This document shows, piece after piece, positions 13,801 to 26,916 of a DNA stretch of 64,000 bases. Source of the stretch: Phoronis australis. Taxonomy: Eukaryota > Animalia > Phoronida. A program made the position numbers and the translations under genes. The stretch is from positions 769,734 through 833,733 of the forward strand of contig NMRA01000097.1 of NCBI GenBank assembly GCA_002633005.1. Reading direction: 5' to 3'. The notes under the pieces are model-generated. The model saw only the letters and a list, made by a program, of their open reading frames with translations. It did no database searches and had not been told where the DNA came from. Within the stretch, counting starts at the first letter, position 1. Each line of letters opens with the position of its first letter.

Positions 13801-15200
13801 TTTTTTTTTTNNNNNNNNNNNNNNNNNNNNNNNNNNNNNNNNNNNNNNNNNNNNNNNNNNNNNNNNNNNNNNNNNNNNNNNNNNNNNNNNNNNNNNNNNN
13901 NNNNNNNNNNNNNNNNNNNNNNNNNNNNNNNNNNNNNNNNNNNNNNNNNNNNNNNNNNNNNNNNNNNNNNNNNNNNNNNNNNNNNNNNNNNNNNNNNNNN
14001 NNNNNNNNNNNNNNNNNNNNNNNNNNNNNNNNNNNNNNNNNNNNNNNNNNNNNNNNNNNNNNNNNNNNNNNNNNNNNNNNNNNNNNNNNNNNNNNNNNNN
14101 NNNNNNNNNNNNNNNNNNNNNNNNNNNNNNNNNNNNNNNNNNNNNNNNNNNNNNNNNNNNNNNNNNNNNNNNNNNNNNNNNNNNNNNNNNNNNNNNNNNN
14201 NNNNNNNNNNNNNNNNNNNNNNNNNNNNNNNNNNNNNNNNNNNNNNNNNNNNNNNNNNNNNNNNNNNNNNNNNNNNNNNNNNNNNNNNNNNNNNNNNNNN
14301 NNNNNNNNNNNNNNNNNNNNNNNNNNNNNNNNNNNNNNNNNNNNNNNNNNNNNNNNNNNNNNNNNNNNNNNNNNNNNNNNNNNNNNNNNNNNNNNNNNNN
14401 NNNNNNNNNNNNNNNNNNNNNNNNNNNNNNNNNNNNNNNNNNNNNNNNNNNNNNNNNNNNNNNNNNNNNNNNNNNNNNNNNNNNNNNNNNNNNNNNNNNN
14501 NNNNNNNNNNNNNNNNNNNNNNNNNNNNNNNNNNNNNNNNNNNNNNNNNNNNNNNNNNNNNNNNNNNNNNNNNNNNNNNNNNNNNNNNNNNNNNNNNNNN
14601 NNNNNNNNNNNNNNNNNNNNNNNNNNNNNNNNNNNNNNNNNNNNNNNNNNNNNNNNNNNNNNNNNNNNNNNNNNNNNNNNNNNNNNNNNNNNNNNNNNNN
14701 NNNNNNNNNNNNNNNNNNNNNNNNNNNNNNNNNNNNNNNNNNNNNNNNNNNNNNNNNNNNNNNNNNNNNNNNNNNNNNNNNNNNNNNNNNNNNNNNNNNN
14801 NNNNNTTCAATTTTGTCTCAAGTTTATTCCTTATTTCCGTGTCTTTCAGATTTTTGAATATCGTTTTCCCAAGGAATTTCATTGGTTCTTGATGGATGTA
14901 GGGCATTTTTGTATTCTGGATTGACATTTGAGGATCATACGGTTGGAATGTTGTTCCTCCACGAAATGCAAGTGATTTACATTTGCATGGCTTAGCTTTC
15001 ATTGTGCGACTCCACGTGAGAAACTGCTCCAGTTTTTGAATCATTGATTGACAGTCTTTCGGGTTTGTAGCAATAATAGTGAGGTCGTCAGCATACACTA
15101 ATTGGTGGAATGTTTGTTTGGTGAATTTAAGTTTGTAACCATTTTGTTTCTCTTTGTCGATCATCTCTAGGCCCAAGTTGAAGGCTGCGAGGAATAGAAC
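13801..15200 (-). mobile_element. 5'-truncated non-LTR retrotransposon, probably RLE-type (R2/NeSL/HERO-like); 3' part lies in the N-gap
   Basis: 14806-15200 is an open RT frame: VLFLAAFN (just after the missing GDPLSP), LVYADDLTII, WSRTMKAKPCKCKSLAF and MKFLGKTI. There is poly(A) on - (T-run to 13810) across the gap, and a candidate TSD GTTTTTTT at 13793-13800 and 15201-15208. Confidence 0.8.
13811..14805. other. Assembly gap
   Basis: Run of N. Confidence 1.
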
Positions 15201-16492
15201 GTTTTTTTCCATGATTTGTCCATAAAAGGGAATTCATGCCAAACGGAATGAAACCAGTCTCTGATGTGTTTTATCACAAAAACTGTCCGCTCACCACATC
15301 ACTAACAGGCCAGTCCTACTCAGTCACACTCAGTCACACTGTTTTTCTTCGGGGTCACTTCTTACAGCACGATTTTTGTCATATCAGCAACGCATCAACA
15401 CTAGCGGATTCCCCGACTTTATGTGTCAGAATCTAAGTCAAGTTCACGCCGCATAAACAAAGATACTATATTCCAAGCTTAGGTAACTATAAAATCTTTG
15501 GCATAAATTAAGGACCAAGTGGCAGTATTTACTATTACTGTAAAAGTACGTGTATTCAGTGACCATCGCTTTCTCGGAATTTGTTAGCACTCTTCCTGTT
15601 TTTGTAGGCGTGTGTTTGTTGGGTGTCGCTCGCCCGGCCTTCGTTAGAATTTTCATGAGGGGTTTATCTTCATGAATGGTTCAAATAGGAATGCGGAGCA
15701 GGTTGAAAGCGGTCCCGCATGGTGTTTTTGATCTGGAACTGTGCCGAGAATCATTATGAAAATACTTATGTCTTCCACGGGCGTATGAACGGAAATTGTT
15801 CAAAAAATACGCCCATGGGTAACTGTTTATTAGTTTTGAAAATCTGATGGTTGTTCTAAAATGCATGTACGTGTGTAATATGTTTTGATGTCAAATTTTG
15901 TATATATTTGAAAGACATTGTATTTTGTGAAACGCGATTTCACACAGGTGTCTTTCATTGAATGAGATATAGGATGACTGTCGGTAAGCAATTGTATTAG
16001 CACAGTGCGAAGGACAGTTTTATTGTGTTAGCTGAATGTGAAATAGGAAGCGCGGATAAAATTCTTGTTCCCGAGATACCACTACATGCATTAAAAAGGA
16101 CCTGTTTATTTCAATAAACACATCTTCGGCCACCTGGTGCTCGTGGAGGTCTAGCTCGCTCTAATTCATGTCAACATAACAGACATAAATCAGTTAATCA
16201 ACTTATATTGCATTGAGACAAACAGATTCCTTGTCAGTGCTAACTATGTTTGCAGAAGGGCTGTCCACTTTTACGTACTTTGAAAACAGTCTTGAGTGAA
16301 TAATTTATGATAACTGTTTGCTGTAAAACTGCATCATGAAACGCTTGACATACAGGTAAAGTAGTTTCCGAAAATACGACCCCTCCCCATCCGAAAATAC
16401 ACCGGGGCGAAACCAATTTTTTGGCGTTTTTGCTATATTGATACAGATTCGCGCCAATGACAAAAATGAGAACAGGTAGAAGAGGCTCCTAC

Positions 16493-16684
16493 CCCATTAT
16501 TGCGGTGCCCAAAGTCAATTCGTCAGATCTGAGTATATGTGTAGATATGCGCGCAGCGAATCGTGCTATGGAACGTACTTAACACTCTGTTCTTACTCAT
16601 TTTAATGAATTTATTCATGATCTGAATGGATGTAAGGACTTCTCTATGTTGGACCTTAACCAGGGTTTTCATCAGGTTCGCTTC
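16493..16684 (+). mobile_element. Ty3/Gypsy LTR retrotransposon RT fragment (degenerate)
   Basis: Translates PIIAVPKVNSSDLSICVDMRAANRAMERT*HSV...IHDLNGCKDFSMLDLNQGFHQV, the typical Gypsy RT N-terminal motifs with one in-frame stop. Confidence 0.85.
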
Positions 16685-18976
16685 CGGAATATCCAATCAT
16701 GGGCATATTTTCGAAAATTTCCGGTACTGTGACTACTNAGTCATGTGACTCTTCTTGACTCATTCCCCATTGCGTCATAGTTGTTTATATTGGCTGTTGC
16801 ACCAGTGTAATATATGTGAGCAGGCCATCAACATTAGTGTCTCTGTCAAGCCTGAATCACATTCACGCATAAATGAAAGCGTCAGGGTCGTACAGAGTGC
16901 GGTTGTGTGTAGTGCAAGTTTAAATAATCAGTCAACCCGTTTTCGGAATCCGGACCACTTAACGCGCTAACGAGTAAAACTCCTCCAAAACAGGCAGGCT
17001 CGAAACTCCATCATTTTATGCAATCGCACGCAATTACCTTCGCTTACTAAACGAAGATGTTTACGCGCAACTCATCTGTGGATAGTTTCCACTTGTAAAC
17101 ACATTCACGTCAATTTTCGAATATCCTTGATGCACCAGAAGGCCCACTGTCTCAACTGAAGGTCAAAACAAGTTAACGTAAACATTAAAAATTAGCCAGC
17201 AAAGTAATGATGTCGTTAATAATAATACTATCGAATTAACGTACTAATTCCCGTTTAATCCGTAGCCCAGACGATACCGGTTTTCAGAGGCCTGATATCA
17301 ATCTTTCTATTGTTAGTCATGAAGAAAACGTCAATTGTCTTCCACGCGGAACGAATTCATTAATGACAACGCGCATCGACTCAAAACTGTTATCAACAAC
17401 TGCAGTCCCATCGCAGCGTTTTGGCCAATTGTTATCGCATTTCTTCGGCAAAATAAGGATTCTACACTAACTTTTCACGAGGAATTCAATTTCAGAAGCC
17501 AAGCATGTTCAAAATACCGGTTTCTGTCTTTGACATTTCGATTTATTTCAGCCCGGCCAGTATTTTATTGGCGCGGAGACATCGCTAATGCTACAATTTC
17601 CCTGTTCAAAACAATAGAAGCTTAAATCAACTTCCCTGATATCAAGGGATGAAACCAGTTTTGCCGGTTGATGCAGAGAAGCACTGAACGGCCCGGTTTC
17701 CTAATGAAAAACATGTGGAATGACTGATGATTACATACAGTGTTGCGTTTATGAGTCTGTTGAGTCTTACTCATTCCCTTACTTTAACCTCTTTGCTTTA
17801 ACTTAGATATTCCAGGGACTCGCATCACATCATAGACTATAAATAGAATCCGTATGTATGATCACATACATGTAGTCCGCGCCGATAGTTTGGTAGTTGA
17901 GCTAGTCACTGGCTGCGGGGAACCAGCGTACACCGCAGCGAATATAGCGTGAGAGCAGGGTTGGTCAGAGAGTAAGCAAAATAAATTTCCGTAAGCCGCA
18001 GAGTGGTGAATACGAAAATATAATAAGAAAATATTTTTGTGCGAATAACCTGAGTGACGCGCTGCCAGCAAAGTACAGGCCCCCTGTTCTTGACATGCAA
18101 ACAGTGACTGTTCATAACCATAACTCGAGACCATGCTTGGAGCATCGCTGTGACAAACCAAATTATTAAGCCTCGTTCCAGACTCCAGTGCTCGGCTTTA
18201 TGCAAGCCGAAAATACATTCAAGTTCCTGACCTTATTAAGTTCCTCGTAGAATATCGCGTGCACTGACTATTTTGCCTATTAGATGCCGCATAACTTGCG
18301 CATTTATTGCGACCTAACACGAGTATGGTTGTTCTCATTAAGTTCCAAGCTTTAGCGAATAAGCAGTTCTTTCCAAAATCGTAAATCACCTCTAATTTGC
18401 CAGCATACACTATAAAGCGGTATGTAAAAGTGTTCTAAATTAGATATTATTTGTGTGACGACAGACGGCAAGTTTATAACCGTCGCAACAAAAGCGTAAA
18501 CGTGTATACAGGTAGCTATTTTGTACGCACTCTCAGTGTACCTGTACATGTATATGACGAGCTAAATTCTCCCGTCACTGCACGCTTTACACGACTCTGA
18601 GTTATCTATAAAACTGTCGATTCCATGCAAATATGCGATTTGAAACGCAAATAGCATAATCAATTTTATTTCATCCTGAACTGGAAACGTAATTTATGTA
18701 TTCAATCCCGTATATATGTGCAATATCTGTGACTATTACGCATTTTTGTGTATTCCCGAGGCGCACCTGACGTGTGTACGCTCGAGGTCAGTTGGTTCGA
18801 GAGATATATACAGGCAAAGAGGACAAAGGGGATTTTTCGCATTCTGTAACCCCTGGTGGCCGGTGTACGTAATTTTAGTCACTTTTACAGCAAGGCACTG
18901 CATTAGGGTAATTGATTGGAAATAATTCAAATTCAAATCAATGTGTAACTCCTAAACCAGTGTAGAAATGCTCAAA

Positions 18977-19044
18977 CTGGGACTCGAATAGGGAATTTCT
19001 ACAGGCGCTCCAGTCCAGTGCGCTAAATTGATGAGCTTTACTAG
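18977..19044 (-). other. Degenerate tRNA-like (SINE-head-like) segment
   Basis: Minus strand aagctcatcaatttagcgcactggact...attcgagtccc has A-box-like and B-box-like remnants at tRNA spacing. Confidence 0.3.
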
Positions 19045-19274
19045 TAAATGGGTTTCGTACCATGTTCAGTTCGAAACCAATCGTTTACGCACGTTGTTGG
19101 AAAACATTTCGATTCACAAGAGTTGTTAATTGAGATGATTGCAAATAATTAACGTAATGTATACATCTATAATAACTACAAAGCGATTGTTTGGGTCGTG
19201 GTCAAAAGAATGAACCTCGTGTAAATCTTGTGTGCTCTGAGGTAAACATTTCACAGCGGCCATTCTATGTAAAT

Positions 19275-19564
19275 CAGTGGCGGATTTAGGGGGGCAAGGG
19301 GACCATGGCCCCTCCCAAAATTCTCCCAGATACCATTTGGGAGTTCGGGATGCGCGCACCCAGGGGGTTCGGGGAGCATAGGCCTTGAACAAACCCCGTT
19401 TACCGTTTTTTTTTTTTAGTAATAAGGTCCACATACCCAAAAATTCGACACCTCTGCATCCCTACATTTTAGGCTGCGTGCGAGGATGTGGCGAAATTCT
19501 GGTTATTCCTGTGCCTNTCTCTGACCTGCCCCCCCCCCAACTCAAAATCCTGGTTCCGCCCCGG
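19275..19564 (+). mobile_element. MITE family A copy with a nested family B element (~19349-19488)
   Basis: Family A ends with flanks taaat / caaat; interior gatgcgcgcacccagg...ttttaggctgcgtgcg matches family B ends. Confidence 0.65.
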
Positions 19565-20703
19565 CAAATGGCCTCCGCAGTCAGCAAAGTTAAAAAAGCG
19601 AACAAAAACAATTGAAAGAAGTCACACGTATCAGATTATACCTAACTGGAAGGTGTACAATGTATATAATGCTTTGTAATACATGTATGCCAGTTGGTCC
19701 TCTCACGGGCTTCACATGTCGTGTTAGTGAAGTTAGGGAAAATCTATATTTTTTTCCGTCTGCAGCTTATCTACTATGCAAAACACTCTCCACGCTACGG
19801 TTGCGTAATTTCTTGTGGAGCTCTCCACTTTAATCAATCATTAGCGAAAGAACAATCAAATATTTACTGTGTTAATAATATTTACACGAGTTGTTTCCGC
19901 AAGGCATTGAAATCATTTGTTACAAACACTTAAATCGCCAGAGACATTACCAGTATTTAATCTTATTTTATAAATGGTTCTACATGTATAAGTCAAATTC
20001 AACTAAAAATCTACCAGTGGGGAAAGCTTCTTGTCACGGATAATTTCAATTCATAAATGCTACGTTATTTGATAATTCAACGTTGTTTTATTTAATAACA
20101 AAAAACAGTAACAAATGTATGATAGCACGCGCTGGATAGCCGTTTTCAATCATGTAGTTGTTTTTTTCTAGATATTCACATGGGCCAAGCTCTTGTAGGC
20201 CCTCCACACACAGATTAAACTATACTGAGGTCACGTGATGTGACCAACGTATGACGTGCATGAAGACTTATAATTACTGCTCACGGGAATTGTTGAAGCT
20301 GCATCTCGCTCACTTTGGTTGCCACTTAAAACCCATTTCGAGATCGTAACAGAAGATCAGCGTTTAAAAATATTACTACAGTACGTCTAGACGACCCCGA
20401 AATGGTGTCGAAAGAGCTGGCAAGTAAAATTCTAAACATTGCACAGTTACCAGAGCGACAGAGTACTTGTATCTGTCAAAGGATTTTTCATCTTTCACCT
20501 CAGCCCAATTCCTTAAAACACACCTAGTTTCGTGACGTGAACAAAACATCACCCAGTAACTCTCGCTGGTTCCCTGCGTGCCGCTAGGAGGTCGGTAGCT
20601 AGCACGCAGGTATCACTTAATTTCCCTCGAGAATTTTTTTTACACCGGTGTTTCTGATTGGCTGGACAAATTCTCAACAGGCAGCGCTTTATGCAAACAA
20701 ACT

Positions 20704-20900
20704 GGCATGACTGATGGAGCAAGTGTAAATGTGGTCTGAGTACTGATAAATCGGTGCTTAAAATTTATGTTCAGGAAATCTGAATCCCAGAAATCGTGGA
20801 TGCGCCTTGTCGGAGTGCATCTTTCTACTGTCGATGACTTTTGCTTGCAAGACTGCCCTGTATTCATACAGTATGAACGTTTAATAAAATTAATTACTCA
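20704..20900 (+). mobile_element. Degenerate hAT transposase fragment
   Basis: GMTDGASVN...WMRLVGVH resembles the hAT second catalytic Asp (D-G-A-S) region and the start of the CxxH region; interrupted by a stop. Confidence 0.4.
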
Positions 20901-21857
20901 GAATAACCTGTTTACCACAAGACAAATTCTCGCATACACTGTAGGCCTACAGACTTCCTAGCGATGCCAAAATGACGTCAGACCTCAACTTAGATCGGTC
21001 ATTTCACCAACACTAGCGTGTATTCCTACGAATACTCCCGTCAGATTATCTCCACATGTAATCTCATGCGGTATTTCAAAAGACTAATAAAGCATGACAT
21101 TATCATTATCAGAAGCAATCTGAGTGACCAAGCTACCATTGACGCTTTTGATAACACCTCTCAGTCTTGCGTCTGGCTTTCTCGTAAATTTTTCTTTTTG
21201 CCGAACAATTTTTAACGGACTCTCGAAATGTCGGAGATTTCTACGACATGCGGTTTGACAGTGAAGCAGAGCTAACTCGTGGACCAGCCTCGTCCCCATG
21301 CTTCAAGATGGTGCTTATCGGCCAGTGCCATCTTGAGGCTTGAGGACGAGGCTGAGGCAGTCGCGCCACCCAGTGATTTTAGAATCAGTGACACCTGAGT
21401 GCTCTTTAACGACGGCATTAGATGTATCGTGAAGGAAGTCACTTCGCCGCTCAAGAACAGATTGGGATTAAACTTTTTCTGTAGAATATTCTTTCAAGAT
21501 CGCGTACCACCGACTAAGCCACGCCCCAGTAACAAGAAAAGAAAAGTGTTACATAATCGAGGCGAGTTTACCGGTCTAAACCATGCCACGACATCTAGTG
21601 TTAAAAAAGGAACATGCCAGACTTTGGGTTTTATTTTCAAGAATCATCGGATGTTCATTTTATGAGTATGCATCCGGCTAAGAGCTTACTACATTAGAAA
21701 CAGAAATTCTCGGTAGATATTGGGAGTCACTCTGGTTTCTTCTGTCCCGGCGTAATTAACTCACAGCAAACTCATAGCACTAAAAATCAATTCATATTAT
21801 TTTGTTCAAGTTTTTAGTTTAATATTTGAATTCCTGGTGTTTCACGAACGTAATTTT

Positions 21858-22328
21858 CACTGGGCGGCGCAGCACTGACATAAGTCGGGTGCGCCGCCCA
21901 TCGCCCAGGCACGGGAAACTAGGTCGCAAGCTCGTCGCATAGATATCGATAGATAGCTGTATCCATTGTTCACTTTGTTTTTCTTTCTTATAATAAAAAT
22001 AATGGCAAGCATTTATCGGTAACGATTGATGTGCGCCCAAGGTGCGATATCCATGCGATCTGTATTGTTGTGTCGAACAGAGACGCAACAAAGGAATGAA
22101 AACAAATAGAAGTGTCCCATAGGCGATAACTATGCGACGCGCTTACGCTCGTCGCATGGATCTCGCAAATTTAACAATACNNNNNNNNNNNNNNNNNCCC
22201 CCCCCCCCCCCCCCAGCCACCTAAGGTGTGCCGCCCATGCATTTGGCATAGGCCGGGTCCATGGGCGGCGCAATTCTGAAATATGTGGGGGCTACATCCG
22301 TCCAGCCCCCTATGGTGTGCCTCCCATG
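21858..22328 (+). mobile_element. Composite/nested cluster of family C ends around an internal palindromic insert
   Basis: Family C termini at ~21858, ~22200-22240 and 22261-22328; internal inverted pair gtcgcatagatatcg / cgataactatgcgac; small N-gap at 22181-22197. Confidence 0.5.
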
Positions 22329-22382
22329 TTTTCACCACATTAGAATGTCAAGAACTTGACTGTTTGTGAAGCACCATTACAT

Positions 22383-22853
22383 GTAGACAGTACTACCGTC
22401 TCAACTGACACTGTAGAGACGGTCGGTAGCCATCCCATATAGGTACTCCATACGCCGGAAGCTTTTCAACGAATTATGTCTCGTGTTGGTTAAACCATCA
22501 AAGTCATGTTCCTATAAGTACCTTTTGCACATAGACTGGGGACACCTTAGGAGACCGTTGATGACGTCATAACCCCTGGCGCGAGCACTAAGTACAAAAA
22601 TGTTCAGCTGCCTATTTCAATGGGCAACTGAACGAAGGACTGTTCGAAAAAAAGTTTCCGCATTGCGGGAGTATTTGTTCGAGCTGGGAAGAGCTTAAGA
22701 CATCAGTGGCCTCTTAAGGTGTGCGCAAAAGGTACTCATAGCAGCATGACTTTGATGGCATAATTCGCCAAAAAGCATCCGGCGTATAGAGGGTCTATAG
22801 GATGGCCACCGTCCCTACTGAGGCCAGCAGACGGAGACGGTGGTTCTGTCCAC
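22383..22853. mobile_element. Foldback element with ~170-bp imperfect TIRs and 7-bp TSD
   Basis: 22383-~22562 is the reverse complement of ~22700-22853 (e.g. ccatcaaagtcatg / catgactttgatgg and gtaccttttgc / gcaaaaggtac). ATTACAT flanks both ends (22376-22382 and 22854-22860). Confidence 0.75.
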
Positions 22854-23700
22854 ATTACATGCAGAGATGTAATTTGCTATTTTATTGTAATCTTTCTTTC
22901 GGTCGACGATGACATCCTTTCCTTGTTTTAAACTAGACAGGAGATCGTATAAAACCGTTTTAACCGCTACATTTAGCTATTGACCAATTTAAATATTGCA
23001 ACAAACTTATTTCCCAATCGTTTTGACCATCCACTTGTTTCCGCCATAGCATGAGCCTTCGTTGAAACGAATGAACAATTTCATATACATGTATGTTGTA
23101 GGAGAACAGCAAGTCAAATACTGAGTCTAGGTCAACGTCGATATCCGTGTTTTGTATTGTACGTATGTATCGACACTGAAGAAGAAATGTTCCGGAGCAA
23201 TGATGTAATTCCATGTAGTTAGGTTTACTCTTATTATAATCGATAATGTGTTGTTTATTACTATTCCTTAAAAGCTTTTATTGTCGCATTTATACCATAG
23301 ATCTACGTGAGGCCGGTTGAACTTTTAACGATTGAATATTGTAAACATTTGAATACACCAGATACACGTTTACTAACCTCATTTTTACCGTCACGCAGTA
23401 ACACTCAACACAAGTGTTTACCACTAATTGCTCAAGCGCTTGTAAATTTACGTCATTTAATTAACGGGTATGCTTGACTCCAGTCGTCGGTGTCCACGAA
23501 TATAAACTGGTGTTCGGGGTAAGTTTAAAATATTACTCATGGTGCAATTCCGGTAACCTGGGACCGTTTTTAGGTCAGCGGATTTTGTATAGGCTAAATA
23601 CATCTGTAAGTAGTCAAGCCGAAGCCAACGGTTAATAAGAACGCAATATTGTCATCCGTAAGTTCCTGTATCGACAATACACACCTCATGTTTGCTAATT

Positions 23701-23898
23701 CATCATCATCAATGCCCGTCACCCTACCAGGGTATAGGCCACGAATCAGAGATTTCCATTTTGTTCTGCCCTGGGCGATTCCTTCTAGCTGTCTTCATGA
23801 GTATCCTAACCTCTCCATGTCATCGGTGATGCATCTTCTCCAGGTCATTCGTGGTCTGCCTGTATTTCGTTTACCCTGTGGGTTCCACTTTAATACGT
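23701..23898 (-). mobile_element. RTE-clade LINE 3' end fragment
   Basis: Minus strand translates VLKWNPQGKRNTGRPRMTWRRCITDDMERLGYS*RQLEGIAQGRTKWKSLIRGL, the hallmark RTE C-terminus, followed by a (GAT)n tail. Confidence 0.85.
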
Positions 23899-25123
23899 GT
23901 TTGTTTGCTAATTGCTAATTACTAGTGTTTCAATGACATTGACTCACAAGCAACATCCCGCCCAAATGCCAACTTGGACTTTCATAATGACTACCGCTAA
24001 TAGGCGTGTTTGCGGTGCAGTTGAAAATTTATATCACACAGCCGTGATTGGATATTGTCCGTCGTAAAACAAGAAGTGACAGCGACGCAGTAACTCTAGA
24101 GGACATGACTGCAATTTCGATCGGCTAAACTCGAGTAAGAATTTTTACACAGGTAGGCCTCGCTAATTTCTTTGATTTTTATTTCCACGAAGGGAAAAAA
24201 TTAAAAAATATATATGAATGAGCACTTTGGAGAGTCCGTACATGATTTTGAATACGTTGACACAGACGGCTGTATTGCATTTAGTATTCCCGTGAGTAAA
24301 TATAGGGCTTCGCATGTGCATGAAGAAGCATTATCGTGTTCGTTCATTTAATGGGTGAAATACTACATATTGGGACCAGTTGCATTGCTGTGAAGTTGGT
24401 ACCTTGTGTTTTCAAATACGTTGCGGATTCTGGTGTTTCGATTCCTTGTGCAAATGTATCGTCCGTTATTCGCTGGTCATTCACGGAATGATTTTATCGA
24501 TTGATTTTACATGAAACATGTGAAAATGTACTATGGAGTAATAGAGAGAAGAAAAACCAAAATCATAAGAGCAGAAGAGATAACAGAATGAAGCGTAACA
24601 CAAGGAAATGTAGCAAAATAACCCGGATGTGTTTAATGAAGTGCTTGCTTATCAGCAAGGGGACTTCATTTATATCACTAAAGCACTACGGCCGGGCGAA
24701 AACACTTCACGTCTTTGCTTTCTACCTTCTGATGACCACACAAAAACGCAATGCACGAAACTGCATCGTGGTGTAAAACTGCGAACAATAGACTGCTTGA
24801 ATGTTTTAAATTTCAACACTCCAATTTCAAAATCATGCAATTTGTGAGGTACCCGTTACCTTTTTTCCTAAATTCAGGTAGGGGTGACATCAAGACTCGC
24901 TTTCCCTTTGCAATACTTAATTACTAAACCCGTCAGGGCTGATGCCTAGGGAACCCAAATGGAGGCTAAAGTCACGAAAGGTCGTTTAAATGTGATAGTC
25001 TGGAAACTTGACGGGTGGGTGTTAAGCCGATCTTGAATGTGCATAACCATTCAACTGACAAGTTTGTACAGAAACAGGGGCCCCTTGAAAAATTATGATA
25101 GATGATAATTTGGAAGTGAGCAT

Positions 25124-25286
25124 CAGTGGTGTAGTGGTAAATTAGAGGTAAGTAGGCTCCAAAGCCTACCGTATCACCTCGAGCACTGAACGAACTTAAG
25201 GTGCGTAGGCGCTACGTTCAAATGCCAAAAGGTGGTTGGCTGCGACTACGTGCGCCTACGTGCGCCTACGCCCCACTACAGCACTG
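25124..25286 (+). mobile_element. hAT-type MITE with 8-bp TSD
   Basis: TIRs cagtggtgtagtgg / ccactacagcactg; perfect TSD GTGAGCAT at 25116-25123 and 25287-25294. Confidence 0.85.
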
Positions 25287-25525
25287 GTGAGCATGGTTGA
25301 CTCGAAAAGGGAAAGTTAAAAATTCTGCAAACGAGTGTTGGATGTACATTGTAGCTACCGATAATTCCTACTCAAATGCTGAGTGATTGAGTACTGTATG
25401 TCGAATATTAATTAGCCGTTATTCACCGTATGTTTGATCACAATTATCAAATATTGGTTCAAACTTCTCAAAATGCCTCCTGGTAGTAATTGAAGAACAG
25501 CTTATGGCGGTTTGCATGACAAACC

Positions 25526-25591
25526 CATGGGTGGCGCAGCACGGAAATAAGTGAGGCTATAGCCCCAGCCCTCTAGAGTGCGCCGCCCATG
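25526..25591 (+). mobile_element. MITE family C copy
   Basis: catgggtggcgcagcac...gtgcgccgcccatg inverted termini. Confidence 0.65.
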
Positions 25592-26762
25592 AAAAATGGT
25601 CGGTATTCACGAAATGAGCTTCTTCAGTCGCACTCATACTGTCAAATTATGGATTATATCTCTTCCTAATTATATGAAGTTTCGTTGAATCTGGGTGCGG
25701 TATATGAATATACTTTAAAATCGGCGCATATATAAACAACGTGTATCTGTGCAGACTGTTCTCCACCTGTGTTACATGTAACTGACTGGAATACTGTGAA
25801 CATTTGTCTTGAGAATGGTTTAGTGACAATATTAACCGAAGCGTCGATTAATATGTCGTTGTTAACATATGCGCTGATTTTAAAGTTCGTACTCATATTT
25901 TTACCAAAAACAAATGTGATCAATATGAAAATCCATTCCTGCAAATTTTTATGCAAAGAATACGGAATTGTTATTTGCGGGGTTAGCAACCAACTATGGT
26001 GTCCATCGCTTAACTATATAATTATAATCAATTTTGAAATTTACCTCAGCCTAAATATATCTCAAGTACAGGATACGGCCATGGTAGGCAGTCGCTATTC
26101 TCAATCACAAATTGTTTCTTGAAGAAGGCACACCTTTTGATAGACATAGTGTTTTCTTTATGCTCCATAATTTTTTAGGACGAATGCCATTGTCATTTTA
26201 ATGGTAATGCATGCTGAACACATGTATTACTGCAAGCACTTTTCCGTATATAAATTCGTTAAAGTAATGTCAACAAATGATAATAAAATACATTTTACGC
26301 CGGCGCTTAAATGTCTAAATGCTGTTTGTATGATGAGTCTTTGGCTTTTACTACAGAAATCAAATTGATAGATTTGATTGATTAGCTGTACTTGCACGGC
26401 AATCTCAGTTATGAATTTCGTTAGCCACCTGGCCAGGCATTTTTATTGAAAAATGATGTCAGGGTTATTGTTACAGTACTTGACCTTTGCGGAAATTGAA
26501 GTGACGCAACAATTGTGATCAATCATGTTTTCTAGGAAGGAATCAAATTGAAATATTGTGCGCACAGTTCGACATAGTTTGTCAAAATGTCGTAAACCAG
26601 GTGGTATTTTCTCCGCATTGACTAACAATTTATGAGACATTTGAATATTATTGTTGTAAGCAAACGCCAAACCATGAAAATATAAAAATAATCGGTTACT
26701 TAAAACAGTATCGAACCTCCTCATTACAAATTTCTGCACTTATCCACGCTTTGAATAATAGG

Positions 26763-26916
26763 CAGTGGTGGATTCAGGGGAGCCAAGGGGGCCATGGCCT
26801 CCCTAAAATTCTCTCAGATTTCATTCGGTGCGAATATCTGACGAGCAAAATCCTGGCTAATACTTTGCCCTACTCCTCACCCCCCACCCCAACTCAAAAT
26901 CCTGGACCCGCCTCTG
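26763..26916 (+). mobile_element. MITE family A copy
   Basis: cagtggtggattc...aactcaaaatcctggacccgcctctg; flanks atagg / atatg. Confidence 0.75.

Noticed and set aside
13701-15212. Long ORFs of 357-503 aa in the ORF track
   Set aside because: They read through the N-gap; only 14806-15200 is real coding (RT) sequence.
21580-21660. CR1/L2-like LINE fragment (KGTCQTLGFIFKN)
   Set aside because: Single short motif, too weak to call without a search.
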